Assembly (NCBI GenBank): GCA_964304625.1
Contig: OZ199840.1
Coordinates: 6,064,953-6,128,952, forward strand
Origin: Kudoa neothunni
Taxonomy: Eukaryota; Animalia; Cnidaria
Direction: 5' to 3'
Length of the DNA stretch: 64,000 nt
Made by a program: the position numbers and the translations under genes. Positions 12,537-26,988 of this stretch are shown here, in pieces. The first letter of the stretch is position 1, and each line of letters begins with the position of its first letter. The notes beneath the pieces were generated by a model. The model did no database searches, was not told the origin of the DNA, and saw only the letters and a program-made list of their open reading frames with translations.

Positions 12537-13689
12537 TTATAGTTTTCTCTAATATATGTGGAATATTCTCAATTTGAAGTTTAATGTATGTTCCTTAATC
12601 CTCCTTGCACGGCGCGGAAGAAACTGTCTTAATGGTTTTTAATTTCTTTGTGCTATGTTTTAAACAATTTTTCAACTATTTGTAAGATGTTCTGCGTAGG
12701 AAATTTAATTAGCTATGGAGCGTTAGTAGGCTTCAGAACAGAGTCCCCTAATGCATCAATATCGGCTATTTAATAGTAAGGAAAAAATTAACCAAACAAA
12801 AATTAAAATTAAACAGATTCCATCTGAAAATAGTAATTTCGAACGTGAAACCCACTTCTAAATAAGATAGTGCAAGTAAAATTGATCCGAGCGCACATCA
12901 ACGGCGGCAGCGTTGGTGTATTAAGTCGGAAACAGCAAATTAACAATAAACAGATTCAATCGAATAAAGGTGTCTTGGCTCTAATTTATAATTTAACGTG
13001 ATTTTTTATGGCATGTATAAGAGGAAAATTTAAATTAACTCTTGAAATTTGATTTATACATCTTTTCTTGCCAGATAAAATTTGTTATTTGAAAACACTA
13101 GATTTGTCGCGTTACTTCTGTCACGTAATCCTTAATTTTCACTTTATTTTACTTTTTTAAACATTTTCCTTATAAATTTAATAATATCAGAAATAGATTT
13201 TCATTGTTACAAAGTTAAGTGAAACGACCGAAAATTCCACGATTTTTAAACCACATTCTTGATTCTCTCTAATATTCATTAAAATTTAAAGTTGGCCAAA
13301 GGAAACGCTTCCATCCTTCTAGAGACAAGCTTATAGTAACGAAAAGTACATCCGAAAATTAAATATGTTATTTTTGGATCGAGTATGTAATCCGCGGTGA
13401 AGTTCTATAATATGCTAAGATATATCATTTACTCAATGAAATGTTACATCTTAAATTTTTAAATCTACGATTATAAGATAAAAATATATTTACTCGGTAT
13501 ATATGTGTTTTCCTTAAAAACGAAACATATTTATGTTTGTAGAGACAACAAAATCATTAAAATTAGCCAATAATAATTTTTTTAATGTAATGTTTTTACG
13601 TCGTTCGAAATGATTTAAACTTCTAGAGGAATTCCGAAATTTACAGATGGCTTAGATTTTTCTACCCAAGACTAGGTTCAAATTAGTTG

Positions 13690-13732
13690 GATTTTTGGTC
13701 CGCGCGGACCCATTCCGGACAGGAAGGGTTAA
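13690..13732. mobile_element. Isolated piggyBac-type terminus
   Basis: Subterminal palindrome GGTCCGCGCGGACC then ...GAAGGG-TTAA. A similar solitary end (...GGGAGGG-TTAA) lies at 37440-37475. Confidence 0.5.
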
Positions 13733-16059
13733 TCGCTATGTCAATCTCTATTTGGACAGCATTCGAGATTAAAATAGGAATTAAGGAAGTTAACATAACG
13801 TAAGTGAGTAAGTGAGCTCTAATTCCGGTTTATTCGATGCTTTCAGTTTTTAATATTAGTACAAATTGATAAAAACCTCCTAATATTTGTTAACTTTTTA
13901 ACAAGCTCACTCAAAGTCATAATATTATGGTCTTTTGACAATGTTACAAACGTATATATAATACTTCTTGGAATTTTTTGCGTTACAAAGTGAAACCTTT
14001 AGAGCCCATATTAGGAAGTGTATCTTTGGTGGACCAAGTCTTATTCACAAACATTATAACTGCTAATTTTTCTCTCTAAGAGAAAATGAGGATGTAACGT
14101 AATAAACGCGCCCGCTATAGGGAAAGCAGAAGCACGAACTCTTCCCCTTGTTAAACGTTAACACTATTAGGCCTATGATGCACATTATTATCATGTAACA
14201 CGTCCCGAACGACTCTAAGTTAATATAACTTTCCCCGCTGGGCAAAAACAATATATGCAGAGGGTTGAAACAGTGAGCGTAACTCTAAAAAAACGTTACC
14301 GATATGAAATAGCCAAACACGGCTGAAATGACACTTTTAGAACAAGAGGTTTAACTCTTCCCTCAAATTTAACGCATTGAAGAGGCCCCTTTTTTAGTAT
14401 GTTCCCTCCATTATTATTCTAATGAATGAAATGTTCATTCTGTCTCTATTCTACAAACATAATTATGTTTCACCTTCTGAATATTACCGTTTTTACAACG
14501 AAATAAACAAAATTTGTCATTACTCCATTAATTCTAACTCTTCTAACTTATTCGATCCAATGCAAGATATCGAATTAAGTAAATAAAAATAATACAGCAT
14601 TTTATTTTCTTTATTCAGCACGCACCCGAATGCCACGTAATGTCATTTACAAGATGAAAATACAAGCAACTTGCATGTTTATACAATAAGCATAAATAAA
14701 TAAATTGTACATTTATGGATTAGTTTATGCAATTAGATAAAAAAATTAAGGCACTTTCAACTTTAGAGTCTCGTGATTAAAGAACGAAACAGGTGGGCCG
14801 ATTAGTACAAACTATCGAATGATTTAAACTTTAATCTTTATTTTGGAAAAATAAACCATTTTTGGCAAATGTACACTTGGAGCGATATTATATGTGCCAA
14901 TATCCACTTCCCACATTTATATATTTTTTAATCCTTTTTTTTTGATCTCTACATTATTTATTGGGATACAAATGATCAAATTAATATACTGGTATTCGAT
15001 TGACACTTTAGTTATATTTTAATTTAGAGTACAAAAATAATATAGTATTGTCGAATGTCCATCACAAACTCAAAATTAGGATAATTTTGCGTGAATTTAA
15101 ATCATACGAATTAGAATGGGATTAACGAGAGGAGGTTCTGATTATCATGCTCTAAATGTTATAATTTCTGTGCTAGTATAATGGCTCGATTAAATTATTC
15201 TTTAAAAAATTGGTATTGATAAAATTGACAATTTGTTTGTTCATTGTATGTGTATTGCATTCATTCAATTTTTTTATTATAAATTATATTTTTTCATTAC
15301 ATCTTTATTATTAAATAATAATTAATCCGAGATAAGAGAAAAATTATTCAAAATTCCTAGATCTAGTTGAACTTCAGCACGTTCCCAATATAATTTTCGA
15401 AGGTTAGTCATTTGAGGATTAACTACCATGATGAAGAACCCTCTAAGCATCTTCTTAACGATGTCTTAATGAGTTTAAAACGCTGAATCATATTTTCAAA
15501 ACCCGAAAATACTAGAGAAATTAATAATCATTTTCAATGAAAAATTTATCAAAAGTTGTATTTTCGATTCAGTTTTAGGCGCCTCTATCGAACCATCGAA
15601 CGCAGTCATATTCTGATCACACATGTGGAGCATTAGTCCATCCCAATGCATTTATAATTTGAAATAATGTATCTACAGTTGTTTTTAATAATCAAAGACA
15701 TTAGGTAATTTTCCATTCAATTCCCTGGAATGACTAACTATTCATTTAGATCTCGCTCGAATTGGTCACCTTTTTCACATGTGATTTTTAATCGGCAAAA
15801 AATAGGTTATAGAATTCGAGACTTTTTGTAAAAGTATTAATAACGAGAAATAACTGTCATTAATCCTAATAGTATTCGTTATAACATATTATTCAACAAG
15901 TTAAAATGATACGGAGGTATCGTCCTAACACCGGATATTTCTCTGGATTTTTAGCACTCTATAATTATTGTCTTCTGCTTTAAAGTTCACTTAAATGGGA
16001 TCGCATCAAAAGCTCAATCTTATAACCCAGATTTTTGGGATAATTAAAAAGAAATATTT

Positions 16060-16260
16060 TATTTTCACGGAAAATAATTGAAACATGAGTTAGGAAAAAA
16101 ACTACCATATTGCAGGTTAATTTTGAAGTTACTAAAATATATCTATCCACATACTTGGAGTCTAATTTTAAATTAATATAAAATTTTGAAACAAACACCG
16201 AGAGCCTCTGAAACGAGTTATTTCCTGATTCAAAAGTTCCAGGAAAAATTAAAAAAAATT
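16060..16260 (+). mobile_element. Possible ISXO2/Merlin-like transposase relic
   Basis: Broken peptides IIET*VRKKTTI and TNTESL*NEL resemble IS1595-family motifs; heavily decayed. Confidence 0.25.
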
Positions 16261-17781
16261 TCCAACTCGCTTTAATGAATAAGTGAAACCGCATAAGAAT
16301 TTATGAACACATCTATGTGGTCAGCATTTACAAAAATTCACATTTTACGGCGATAAAAAGCATTTTCAAACGATTTTTATGGCATATTCGGTAATCCTCT
16401 TTAGCTTGGTGCTAATCTTCTTAGATTAATTGAGAAAAATTGACTAAGATCCGGATAAAGATGAGCTATTGGATTTTTATAGGGCGTATTCGATTTTCCC
16501 GTTAAGGACAAGAAATTATTGAATTTAAATTGGAATAATTTCTAAAGTGTGCTCGGCTATAAAAAATAGAATTAAATTAGGGATTCAATTAAACGCCGCA
16601 AGGTATTGTAGGTTGGGTACTTAGTCGGGAAGGAAACGTGATTGTTAAATAAATAAAGAATTAAAATGTTATTAAATTTGAATGTTTTTATGGGCAAAAA
16701 CCCATCAAATGTAACAAACATAACCGAGCAGTTAGTTGACCATTGAGAGCTTTCCCAAAACAGGTATCGTCATCAGTTTATCGAAAATTACTTCACACCA
16801 CACAGAACACAACTCTAAAAATCTTGTTTTTACCACAAATTTAACCGCAAAGTTATCTTTATTGAACATAACCTAAAGTGGTTCGTTGACTCATGGTATC
16901 GAATGATTCAAAATGATCAGTTAAGTATACCTAATTAATAAATCAATCAAACGCATTCCATTGGGAAAATGGATAAACATACAAATATTAATTTTAAGGA
17001 GGATTACATTTCCACCTTGAAGGTGAATAGCGGTTTGAAAATTATTCAACCCAGGTGGTTTTTGGATTACATAATGCATTAGTATTGGTCAACAAAATTT
17101 TTAACAGCGGTCTGTCGGTTGTGGGAACAGTTATAGATTATTGAAGGATCACTTGATTAACACCCATGATAAACATTTTACATGTAAACATTCATATTTA
17201 AGTTAGAGAGATGTTAGAGGTTAGGTTTTAACCGATTGTAATGTTAATACGTCAGTATATATTAAAGGTCTTCGTCGAAAACTACCGCTTTTTTAGGAGG
17301 TGTATGGAATAGTTCGAATTTGATTAGTATTAATGTGATCGATCGTTAATTTCAACCCCAATTAAATGCAAAATTTACTAAAATTCACAATTGGATGCGA
17401 TTGGCAAATATTTCTGGGGTATTACAATCAACACTCATGTGTGAAGATAGGTTCTAAGTATTGAGATATCCTTAAACAAATAAATACAGCTACAATCTGT
17501 ACTTAATAGTTATTTCCAATCGATATAAAAGATTCGATAAATGTTGTTGCCTGTGGAAAGGTATCGATTGATGAACGAACCATTTAAGCAACTACTTTCC
17601 AAAATTAAATTCTGCAATAATCTCAATCCAAAGAGCTATATCCAATGATCGGCCTACTTTACAAGTTTTAGGATACAGGTAAATTAAATCCTTCTCACTA
17701 TTATCTCTTAAACTAGTTAAGGAAATTAATCGTAGTGTTACATCTTGTGATAGAGCTCATAGTTATTCACAACATACTGCA

Positions 17782-20188
17782 ATGTCTAAACAAGATAGTT
17801 CAATAAATAACTGTGTGACACTGAACGAATCGGGTGTCGGTGGAGGTATGTATGAGAAGATGGATGGAGGAGAGAGTTGTTCATTGGTAGTGGCGAGCGG
17901 TGCAACATCATCATCGTCCTCTGCAACTACAACTGCTCCATCCACTCAAGAAGATATCCTCCAAATTCCATCGTCAACACCTCAGAAGTTGTTGTTATCA
18001 CACAACAGCAAATCCACAACAATAAACTATATCACCACAACTGACACAAGCGACGTTGTAAATGGTAGCCGAATTGTGTATTGGTTTGTGGAGAGGATTT
18101 AATTTTGTTTTTAAGACTTTACAGATTTACCGCCCCCCAATTTTGTTGAGTCCACCCTCATGAGCACCAATAATTCGACTGTTGTAAGTGTTAGTGAAAA
18201 AACAGGGAGTAAGGCGGTATTGAAAACTGAAAATTGTGTAAAGGAAACACCTTTTCAACCCGTTCCTTGTACGAACAGTGCAAGTTCAGCAGCGCCCAAC
18301 TTCAGTCAAGAAAGCAATTGTAATATATTCCAGTCGTTAGCGAATGCATATAAATTATTTATTTTGGTGTTGAATAGTGACTGTTCGTAAGAACTCAATA
18401 GAACCGAGCCACTCAAGCAACATTAGCATTAACAAAACAATTCCAGATAATAACCAGGTAAAAATCACACTATTGGACGAAAAATTATGGGAAAAATTTC
18501 ACACTCATGTCAACGAAATGATTGTCACTAAGGATGGCAGGTAAAAATCGAAATTAATACCAACAATCGGTGTGCATTGATGATGGCGATTTGTAGGCGT
18601 ATGTTTCCAGTACTTAAAATAAAAATCGACGGACTAGAGCCCACATCAATGTACACTGTTACCATTGATTTTTCGGTGTCTGACTCCCATCGATGGAAAT
18701 TCATGAACGGCAGATGGATACGAGGCAACAAAGAAGATAACATCAAAAACAGTAGCACCTATATGCATTGCGATTCGCCAAATTTTGGCTCATTCTGGAT
18801 GAATAATACTATAAGCTTTGCCAAGTTGAAAATCAGTAACAAAGTCTCGAAAGATTCTTCCAAAGTTGCTTTCCATCACATTGGCTTCGCTTTAAAGTGT
18901 ACATATTTTAGATTCAGATCCATTCATTGTTTAGATATCTTCCGTGTATTCATATTTATTCGATCGATAATACAACTAGGGGACTCACTCATGTGATAAC
19001 GAAACACTTTGAAAACACTGAATTTGTAGCGGTGACTGCTTATCAAAATGATGCGATCACTAGACTAAAAGTTAGCTACAATCCATTTGCGAAGGCATTT
19101 CTCGACGTAAAACGCTCCGGTAATGATAGCCCCATTAGCCATTATAATAGTAGCAGTGGAAGCGGTCATTGTCTTAGTCGAGGTAGTTGTTATATTTCAG
19201 TTAGCCTGACCCAAACACAATTGTAATATAGATATATACAAGCCCTATGATGATAATTATATCAAAAATTTTAACTCAGTGTCTACATCAGCTTCATCCT
19301 CTGGAACTAACAACAATAGCAATGGTGGTGCTGCAAATCAAAGCTGCAGTATTAGCGGCAGCAACAACAACGGCAATAATTCAGTTTCCACTTGTAAAAC
19401 ACAAATTTCGGATATTATTTGTGTCTATTAGTAGAATTCTTTCGTTAGATCATAAACAGTTAAGCGGCACCAATGATGATAGCTATAGCAATTTGGCAAA
19501 TAATGTAAATCCATTTTTGTACCAACAAAATCTAGCGCAAGATCCCTCTAACAATATTCCCCAAGTTATGGCCCATCATCTAAAACCATCTTGCAACAGT
19601 AGCACATCCACCACAACTAACAACAACGGTCACAATTTGAGCAGCACTCTAACAAACAGCGATTTGAATAACAGCGCTAACAGTTCACTTGGCATGATCA
19701 ATCCAACCAATCTCCCACATTATTACGATTATCTACAATCTACAACTGAAAACTGTTCGATGAACCCTCGAATTAATGTAGAGACCCGCAACAACTCGCT
19801 GCTCTCTTTCTATGACAATAGTGGCAACTTTAAAACACCCAACTATCCTTATGCGTATCAGTACAATTGTCCAAATAACTACTACTATGACAAGGCGTAT
19901 TTGTCTGCTGATAATGGAACCTATTTTTATGCCATCAAACCTGATAATTCCCCCACTCAGCAATCAATAAACACCTCCTTGCACAACAACCATCAAAGTG
20001 GCAATGCAGGTGGAAACATTGCTAATTGTAACAGTCGTCATATTCCGGTCGAAAACATCCATCAATATAACTACAACTATCAAACCACCGCCTCATTTTA
20101 TAACAAGGATACCAAATTTCATGAAAAAACCAACCCCAAACCTAATCATTCATCTCAAACTATTCGTGATGATAAACGATTAGACTGA
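17782..20188 (+). CDS. TBXT: Brachyury-type T-box transcription factor (7 exons)
   Basis: T-box: LWEKFHTHVNEMIVTKDGR/RMFPVLK...HRWKFMNGRW...HCDSPNFGSFWM...LKISNK...TEFVAVTAYQNDAITRLKVSYNPFAKAFLD. The HRWK..NG.W, SPNFG, AKAFLD motifs and the Lys in 'SNK' point to Brachyury. Ser/Thr-rich N-terminus and Asn/Tyr-rich C-terminus; frame intact. Confidence 0.9.
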
Positions 20189-21095
20189 ATCGCTATCATT
20201 AGAGAATATAAGACACTTCTGCCATTATTATCACTATTTACATACAATGAATTTCACCTCATCATTTAGCTTTTTTTTTGATTGCCTATTTAGCTTTCTA
20301 AGTCTCTTTGCGGTACACTTTTAAAATATATTCATCGATCTAATAAATGTTCATTTTCATCTAGATTTAGCCTATTTGTTTATAATTTTAGGTTTTTTAG
20401 CTATAATATCGGAGAGGAGAATTAACTACTGGATGGATTCCTTTTTAATTGATAAGCTAAAAGTAATTAATTTTAGAGCTGTATTTCGGTATTTTTCGTA
20501 TTAATTTATTAAAGGTAGTTTGTTGTATTTCGGTTAAATTGAGGAGTACGTTGGGTACAACGAATTTTAGAAACTAGTAAAGTATGTTATTTATAATTGC
20601 TCCTTGAGTTGGTTAATTAGCAGTAAAATTCGCCACATCTAAAATACCGCTAGGTATGTTAGAAAAATTAGATTTGTCCGTTAATATCACTCATTTAAAT
20701 AAAAGTGCCAAAAAAATCATCGCTGAGAGGTTCGAATTAGTGTCAAAATGTTTATTGGTGCATACAAAAGTGAAATCTCTAAGTTGGACCAAATAACGCT
20801 ATCTGTAATGACTGATATTCTATTTTATTGTTCATGATCAATTAAATTAAAAAACCTTGGCCGTCTACATTATATATTCTAATTGATAAATTAGAATATT
20901 CAAGTTCGCAAGTTTAAAAAACTAAAAAATATTATCCTGTAGTTGAGCAATTTTTTTTCGAGTTGGAAACACCTCATCCACGTATGTGGTTTTACCTCGA
21001 GGGTGGTTTTGTAATGAACATAAAATAAATGAAGCCCAGGCATTTTAAGTTACAATGTTGCTAAATTATTTAAATGAATTCAAAAATTTTCCATA

Positions 21096-22138
21096 TACGT
21101 TGTCTGTTCAAAAAGTAGCAAGACTAGCCTATTATCAAGTATTAAAGTGTTTTATACTATTCAAAATTATCAAAACTTATAAAGAATATATTTATAAGTG
21201 TTATTTATACATTAGGCAAAAATTTATATAAAACTAAAAGAGTTCTAACACATTTTAAAAGTTACAATCCAAGTCGACGTCGCGCGATCAAATGTCTGAG
21301 AATCATGAACTGCGTATTTGCAAAAAGTTTTGCATAAAACTTGGCGATACCAATACGGAATCATACGATATGGTTCAAAAGGTATTTTTAAATGAGTCGA
21401 TCTAGAGTTTATGAGTGGTATTGACGATTTAAACAGGGAAGAATCTCTGTTTACATTAATGATCGCAATGGGGGACCTTTATCGAGCAGAAATGCTGAAT
21501 TAATTGAAATTGTGAAAAATCTGATTAATTCAGATTGAAGATTAACCATCAGGGAAATTAATGAAGAAACGGGAATTTCACTTGGGCCATATCACGATAT
21601 TTTAACAGGTGACCTTGGAATGAGAAGAATTGCGGCCAAGTTTGTTCCACATCCGCTTGCGAAAGAACAGAAAGATAAACGTGCTGAAATTCCAAGGAAT
21701 CACTTCCAAAAGGTACTAGAATGTGACAAACTAATGTCCTATATCGTCATCAGCGATGAGACGTGGGTTTACGGTTAGGGCCTAGAAACCAAGTCACAAT
21801 CATCCGAGTGGAAGACTCCACCATTCCCAAGAACGAGAAAAGCGCGGCAAGTTAAAAGTAAAATAAAGGTTTTTCTCGCCGTATTCTTTGGCACCCTGTG
21901 ATTTCTTTTTGTCCCCAAAGATAAAATTACACTTAAAAAGGAGAAAATTTTCATCGATTACGAAAATAAAACAAAATGCGACAAAGGAATTATTTTCCCT
22001 CTAAAAAATAGGCTTTTCTCAATGTTTCCAAAATAGGAAAAATCGTTGGAAAAGGTGCGTTGATTGGGAAAGTGAATATTTTTAAGGGACATAAATAAAA
22101 TATTTATAATTGTAGACATTTTTTTAACAGAACAGGTA
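21096..22138 (+). mobile_element. Internally deleted, decayed mariner transposon
   Basis: Degenerate TIRs (TACGTTGTCTGTTCAAAAA / revcomp TACCTGTTCTGTTAAAAAA) flanked by TA. Peptides ELRICKKFCIKLG, AAKFVPHPLAKEQK, ISDETWVYG, ETKSQSSEWK, KVFLAVFF jump directly to PCDFFL; stops and frameshifts present. Confidence 0.88.
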
Positions 22139-23276
22139 TACTGATTTAGTCATGTATGAGATAACAGAAAAAATTTCACATTATTAATATCCATACTATA
22201 ATTGCTAAAATCCAATGATATATGAATGGTAATATATTTATTCATTATGTTATGTTTAAATTATCGATGTGGCTTTAAATTTCATATTTCAACTATATTA
22301 ATGTTCAATCATGAATTCTATGTTTAAAAATATTGCGCAATTATTTGTGCCATAGCTGACACGCAGAACCCTAATTCAGAGGTTTTTAACCTGGGGTACA
22401 TGAGTGATTTAAATAAAATCTGGATCCAATTATATCATCATACATTTATTAAAATTAGGTATTTTTAGCATTAGCGTAATTATTAGAAATTTGAAATATA
22501 CCCTTGCGTTATTGTTCCTTATAAATATTTTCATTTATTACAAAATTTCCTTGTGATATAATTTATTTTGTAAAAAAATCTATAAAACAAAAGTTATTCA
22601 GCAGGATAGTTGATAAAAGCTAAAAATTTCCAAAATATACTTCTTAGTATTGCAGAGTATGCAATTAGATTGATTGCTCCTTTTACAACAACCTCTTATT
22701 GCGAAACTAGATTTCCATGGTGGTTACCATAAAAGTCATGAAATCGCTTGTATGCGCGTTGTTCTTTCAAATACTTGTCAGAATTCTGTGAACTTATTGA
22801 TAAAAAGAAACTACAAAAATCTCATTAAATATTCTTTTAACGTCTATTATTTATAAAAAAGTAGAGTTTTTGCATTGATCTTGCATTCTACTATATAAGA
22901 ATTCCTCGTTTGTTAACTCTTTGTTGTTATAAACACAATAATTATTGAAAATAAAGATTTTGTTTAATAAAAATATTTTAATTCTTACAAGAGCATTTTT
23001 CACTCTGGAATTTTAGATGGATTTTACTTTAACATTTATCCATGTATAGATAATAATTCAACAACTTTCATTAAATTTTTTGTTTTAAATATTAGCACTA
23101 TTGGGTATATTTGATTAGAATTTTAATAATTTCTAAAAAAATTACAGGTAAGGATTTCAGACTTTTTATTATTTTTGTTTTAATATCAAAAATAATTCAT
23201 ATATAAGGGATTAACAAATTTTAATACGTATTTTAAAACAAATGCACTACATAATTAATTTACATACAAAAATATT

Positions 23277-24000
23277 TTAACCTTCCCTGTACTGAGTGAG
23301 AAAAAAATTAACCATGTGCCGAGGTGGGCCACTCAGCGACCCCACAATAAATCAATGTTAATTAAATTTTATTGCGCTTGAATTATTATCATTTAATTTA
23401 ATATACAGTATTAAGCTAATAAAAATAAAAATTTAACTGAATTTTTATTTCGTTCATTACAAAAAATGACATTGTTTGTTAGCCGAAACATTTTGTACAC
23501 AAGATGAAATGTATGGGTTTTAATCTGTGGCATTTCTGCGATGACGATTTCTTTGTAGATATAATTCATTCTCTAATAAGAAAACTTTTAAAAAAAAGTT
23601 TAGTATGATATACATTATCAACAGCGCAAACCACACATCGAAACGCACCTTTCAGTCGTGGTCGGTATAAGCAGATTTCTTATCCAAAGACGCAGGATTT
23701 TGTGTTTAGCTGTATGCTGAATTCTTCAGTCATAATCTGTTGCATGTTAAAATTTCCACGCTTTATGATTATTTGCTGACATTATAATTCAATTTATTTG
23801 AGTTCTAAACCTGTATTTCTCAGTCGAGTTTGTTTCCTCTTTTTTAAACTTCGATCTTTATATTTATTTGAAAAACGAAATTTAATAATTTAATTTTTGG
23901 TTTTGCTTATGAAATATCAACAATATTACGAATGAGAAAATCAGTTTGAGTAAGTGTAATATCGGAAAATTATGTATATCAATAGTTACATTCTTTAACT
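23277..24000 (-). mobile_element. piggyBac-like terminus and decayed 3' region
   Basis: TTAA-CCTTCCCT terminus with subterminal GTGGG...CCCCAC, resembling the end at 51770; decayed internal sequence. Confidence 0.45.
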
Positions 24001-25134
24001 ACCGTTTTTTTGAGATTGATCCAACGTTTGTTGAAAAAAGATGGAGATTACACGTGAATCCGGCTGCGTTCGGATGAAAAATTCTTAAAATTTGAAAGTT
24101 ATTATTTTGAGCGGAATTTTTGCTCTCCGTATTCTTTTATTTTCGTATCAATAATAATGAAAAAAAAATGCGCAAGAGGACGTTTTTTAGGTGCCACATA
24201 CTTTACCATTACCTGATATTTTATTGTCAGGCCTAATGAATATTGCGAACATAATTTTTTGTTGTATTGTTCAATCGTGAAATGTGTGAAGATTTATAAA
24301 AAACTAAGAATAATTTTAAAGAGTCAATTTAAAGACATCTTGATACATTTTAATGTAATTTGACACACTATTCTTCATTATATACTGGTTTTAAAAAAAT
24401 AAATTTTATTAATATCGCGACAACCCTAATATTTTATAATAAATCACATTATTGATTAGATTTGTATTATTCTAGTTTTAATGGTTTCTATTTTTAAAAT
24501 ACAGTCCTATCTTGAATGAAATAATAATTTCGATTTTTCTAATTAGGATACCGTGCAACGTTGAAATAACGGATAACTTAAAGTGCTGAAAAATAGTAGT
24601 CATGACACCTCTCTATGACAAAGAATCAAAATACATAATTTTTTAATATTTTTCTCATATATTTCTTTAATTATATGATTTTTTCATCACTCATTTTTCT
24701 GTAATTACGAAAAACACATACAAAATAGATAAACTTAATTAAAATTAGAAAATGTTTTCATTCATTTGATGCATCATATTATAATATAATATGATGTATC
24801 TTTATAACAAAATTAATGAAGCATAAATCTTCTTTTTGTTAAAAGAAAAAAGGGGGTCAAGGGCGCGAAGAACTGCTCACCAATTGTATACCTGAATTAG
24901 GATTTCAAACAAGATAACTATCGTAACCAGGTTTACTTCCATAAGTGTATTTCTCGGCGAATTAATTATAAACTAGAGGTAGTCGTTCTCGACGTTTATT
25001 TTTAAAAAAATCGATCTTCATTTTTGTTTGGTTCAGCGGCAAACACACGCCACAAATTACGTAAAATTGGTTAATGATGCATTTTCAGTAACTTTTTGCT
25101 GTGCCCAAGGGAATTACGGAAAATCGGTTACCTA

Positions 25135-25205
25135 CTGTATTGTTGTATCGTAGTATTGTTGTATCGTATCGTAGTATTGTAGTATTATAGTGTTATACTA
25201 TTATA
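25135..25205 (+). repeat. Imperfect (GTATT/GTATC)n low-complexity repeat
   Basis: gtattgttgtatcgtagtattgttgtatcgtatcgtagtattgtagtatt read directly. Confidence 0.8.
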
Positions 25206-25381
25206 CAGTGCGGCATTTATCATTTATAATGAGGCGTTTATATCAAATGTGATCCACCATGTGAAATAAAGTGGCATCGTTGAAATCTTATTTACCGGTT
25301 TTGAACCAATCAGTTAAATTATACAACAAATATTTTAATCATTTTATGGATTAACACATGCTCATGCGCAATATAATTAAA

Positions 25382-26737
25382 ATGCCCCCGGACACCTTCC
25401 CTGGTGAACAAATCGGCGCCGCTGCCGATGATAAATGTTTCTCAGATATCGATAAAAATAGTGACATTGTGGATGAGCGTAAAAATCCGGAATAAAATTT
25501 AAACAAATTTACACCCCTCTTTGCCTTATAGATACTTTAGTGACAGAAATTATGAATATTCCCCGAAGTGTAACTAGCGAGAAACTTCTTTCTTTAGTTG
25601 CTGAGAAAAAACAAAGTAAACTTAAATAAAATTCATCAGCTGAGTCCTCGTAGATAAAGTAACTTATTGGGAGTCAACAATGGAAAAACAAGCCGCCCAC
25701 TCCACAATGTTAAATGATAGCAGTAAAAAACTTTTGTTGGAGATTATTTTTTTAAATGAAATTCTTATTGATAATTTTCAATCGCATAAGCTTTGATCTT
25801 GAATCATCATTGAGATTAGGACATTCCAGTTTGAAAAATTGTTTTATGATGAAAGATATGAAAGTGATTGAGTTGCCTCAAGTTGGTTCATGGGTCACTA
25901 TAGCTGCAACTGGTGTGATACCTAACAACGATTCAATTTGGTTCAATTTTATCGGACGGTTTCCTTTTGGTTGTGAATCCCTAGAAACTATTCCCTCCAG
26001 CCAAAACGATAACTTTTCTATTCTACAAAATCGACTTATGTAATTACTTTCATTTATAGAATTGTTATTATCGTTCTCAATCTTAGAAAATTTTACCATA
26101 ACAAATCTAAACGATATAGAAATACCACATTTGCTCCTAATCAAATGGTAGCTGTGTATGTGAGTAGAGATCGTATGTGGTATCGTGGTTATGTGGTTAA
26201 TTTGGATAAAAATAGAAAATCAGTTGTCACTTATCAAGTAGGTTGGTTGTGTAGGATGACGGCGACAATTGTGTCGTTGTTATTGTTGTAAAGTGTGTAA
26301 ATTTAATGTCATAAATATAGGTTATTCTTGTAGACTATGGCTATTCAATTATCACATCAACATACGATTTATTCCCCCTGGATGCTATTTTTACTGAATT
26401 GGAGCCTCAAGCTGTTAATTTTTGTTTATCCTCGTTTCAAATGCCACTTCATCATCACTCCAAACCTCCAATCAACTCTCTTGTGTATGATTTTTTGTTA
26501 TTTATTAGCGTATTAACTCGTTTATTGTGTGATTGTGTAGGGACACATTCCATGAACTAACCAAAAATAAGTTGATAGTAGCTCACGTCGATCAAATGTA
26601 CCGTTAAACTCGATTTTACTACTAAATAAAGATATTTTTGTAGTATTGATGATACGGTGTTTGTCACGCTGCACACTCAGAATTACAAAGGCCAAATCCA
26701 GTGTGTTAATACTTATCTGAGAAATAGATTTATTTGA
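25382..26737 (+). CDS. Single extended-Tudor-domain protein (TDRD-like), 7 exons
   Basis: The spliced product has FAPNQMVAVYVSRDRMWYRGYVV...VILVDYGYS...LFPLDAIFTELEPQAVNFCLS...FHELTKNKLIVAHV...VFVTLH...CVNTYL, i.e. a Tudor core with SN-fold flanks; all introns GT-AG and in phase. Confidence 0.85.
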
Positions 26738-26988
26738 GGTCGATAATTGATATGAAAGTTTTGTTTCCGATAGAAATTATATTGTTTTTCTGTGCGCTGG
26801 AATTGGTTGATTTTGTGTTGATCATAGCAACTAACTCGTAACCATGGAGCTGCGTGTAATATAGGACTCCCTATAGAAAACGATGTTTGCGTAGAGAATC
26901 AAACCATCGGTTCGTTGTCAGCTCTAAATTATAGAAGACAATTATATTTCGCTTGAATTGAGATTGCGTATTTCAATCACACTTTAAA

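Noticed and set aside
12600-17700. TCF/LEF or T-box sites as Brachyury enhancers
   Set aside because: Short AT-rich motifs are expected by chance, and the region contains transposon debris.
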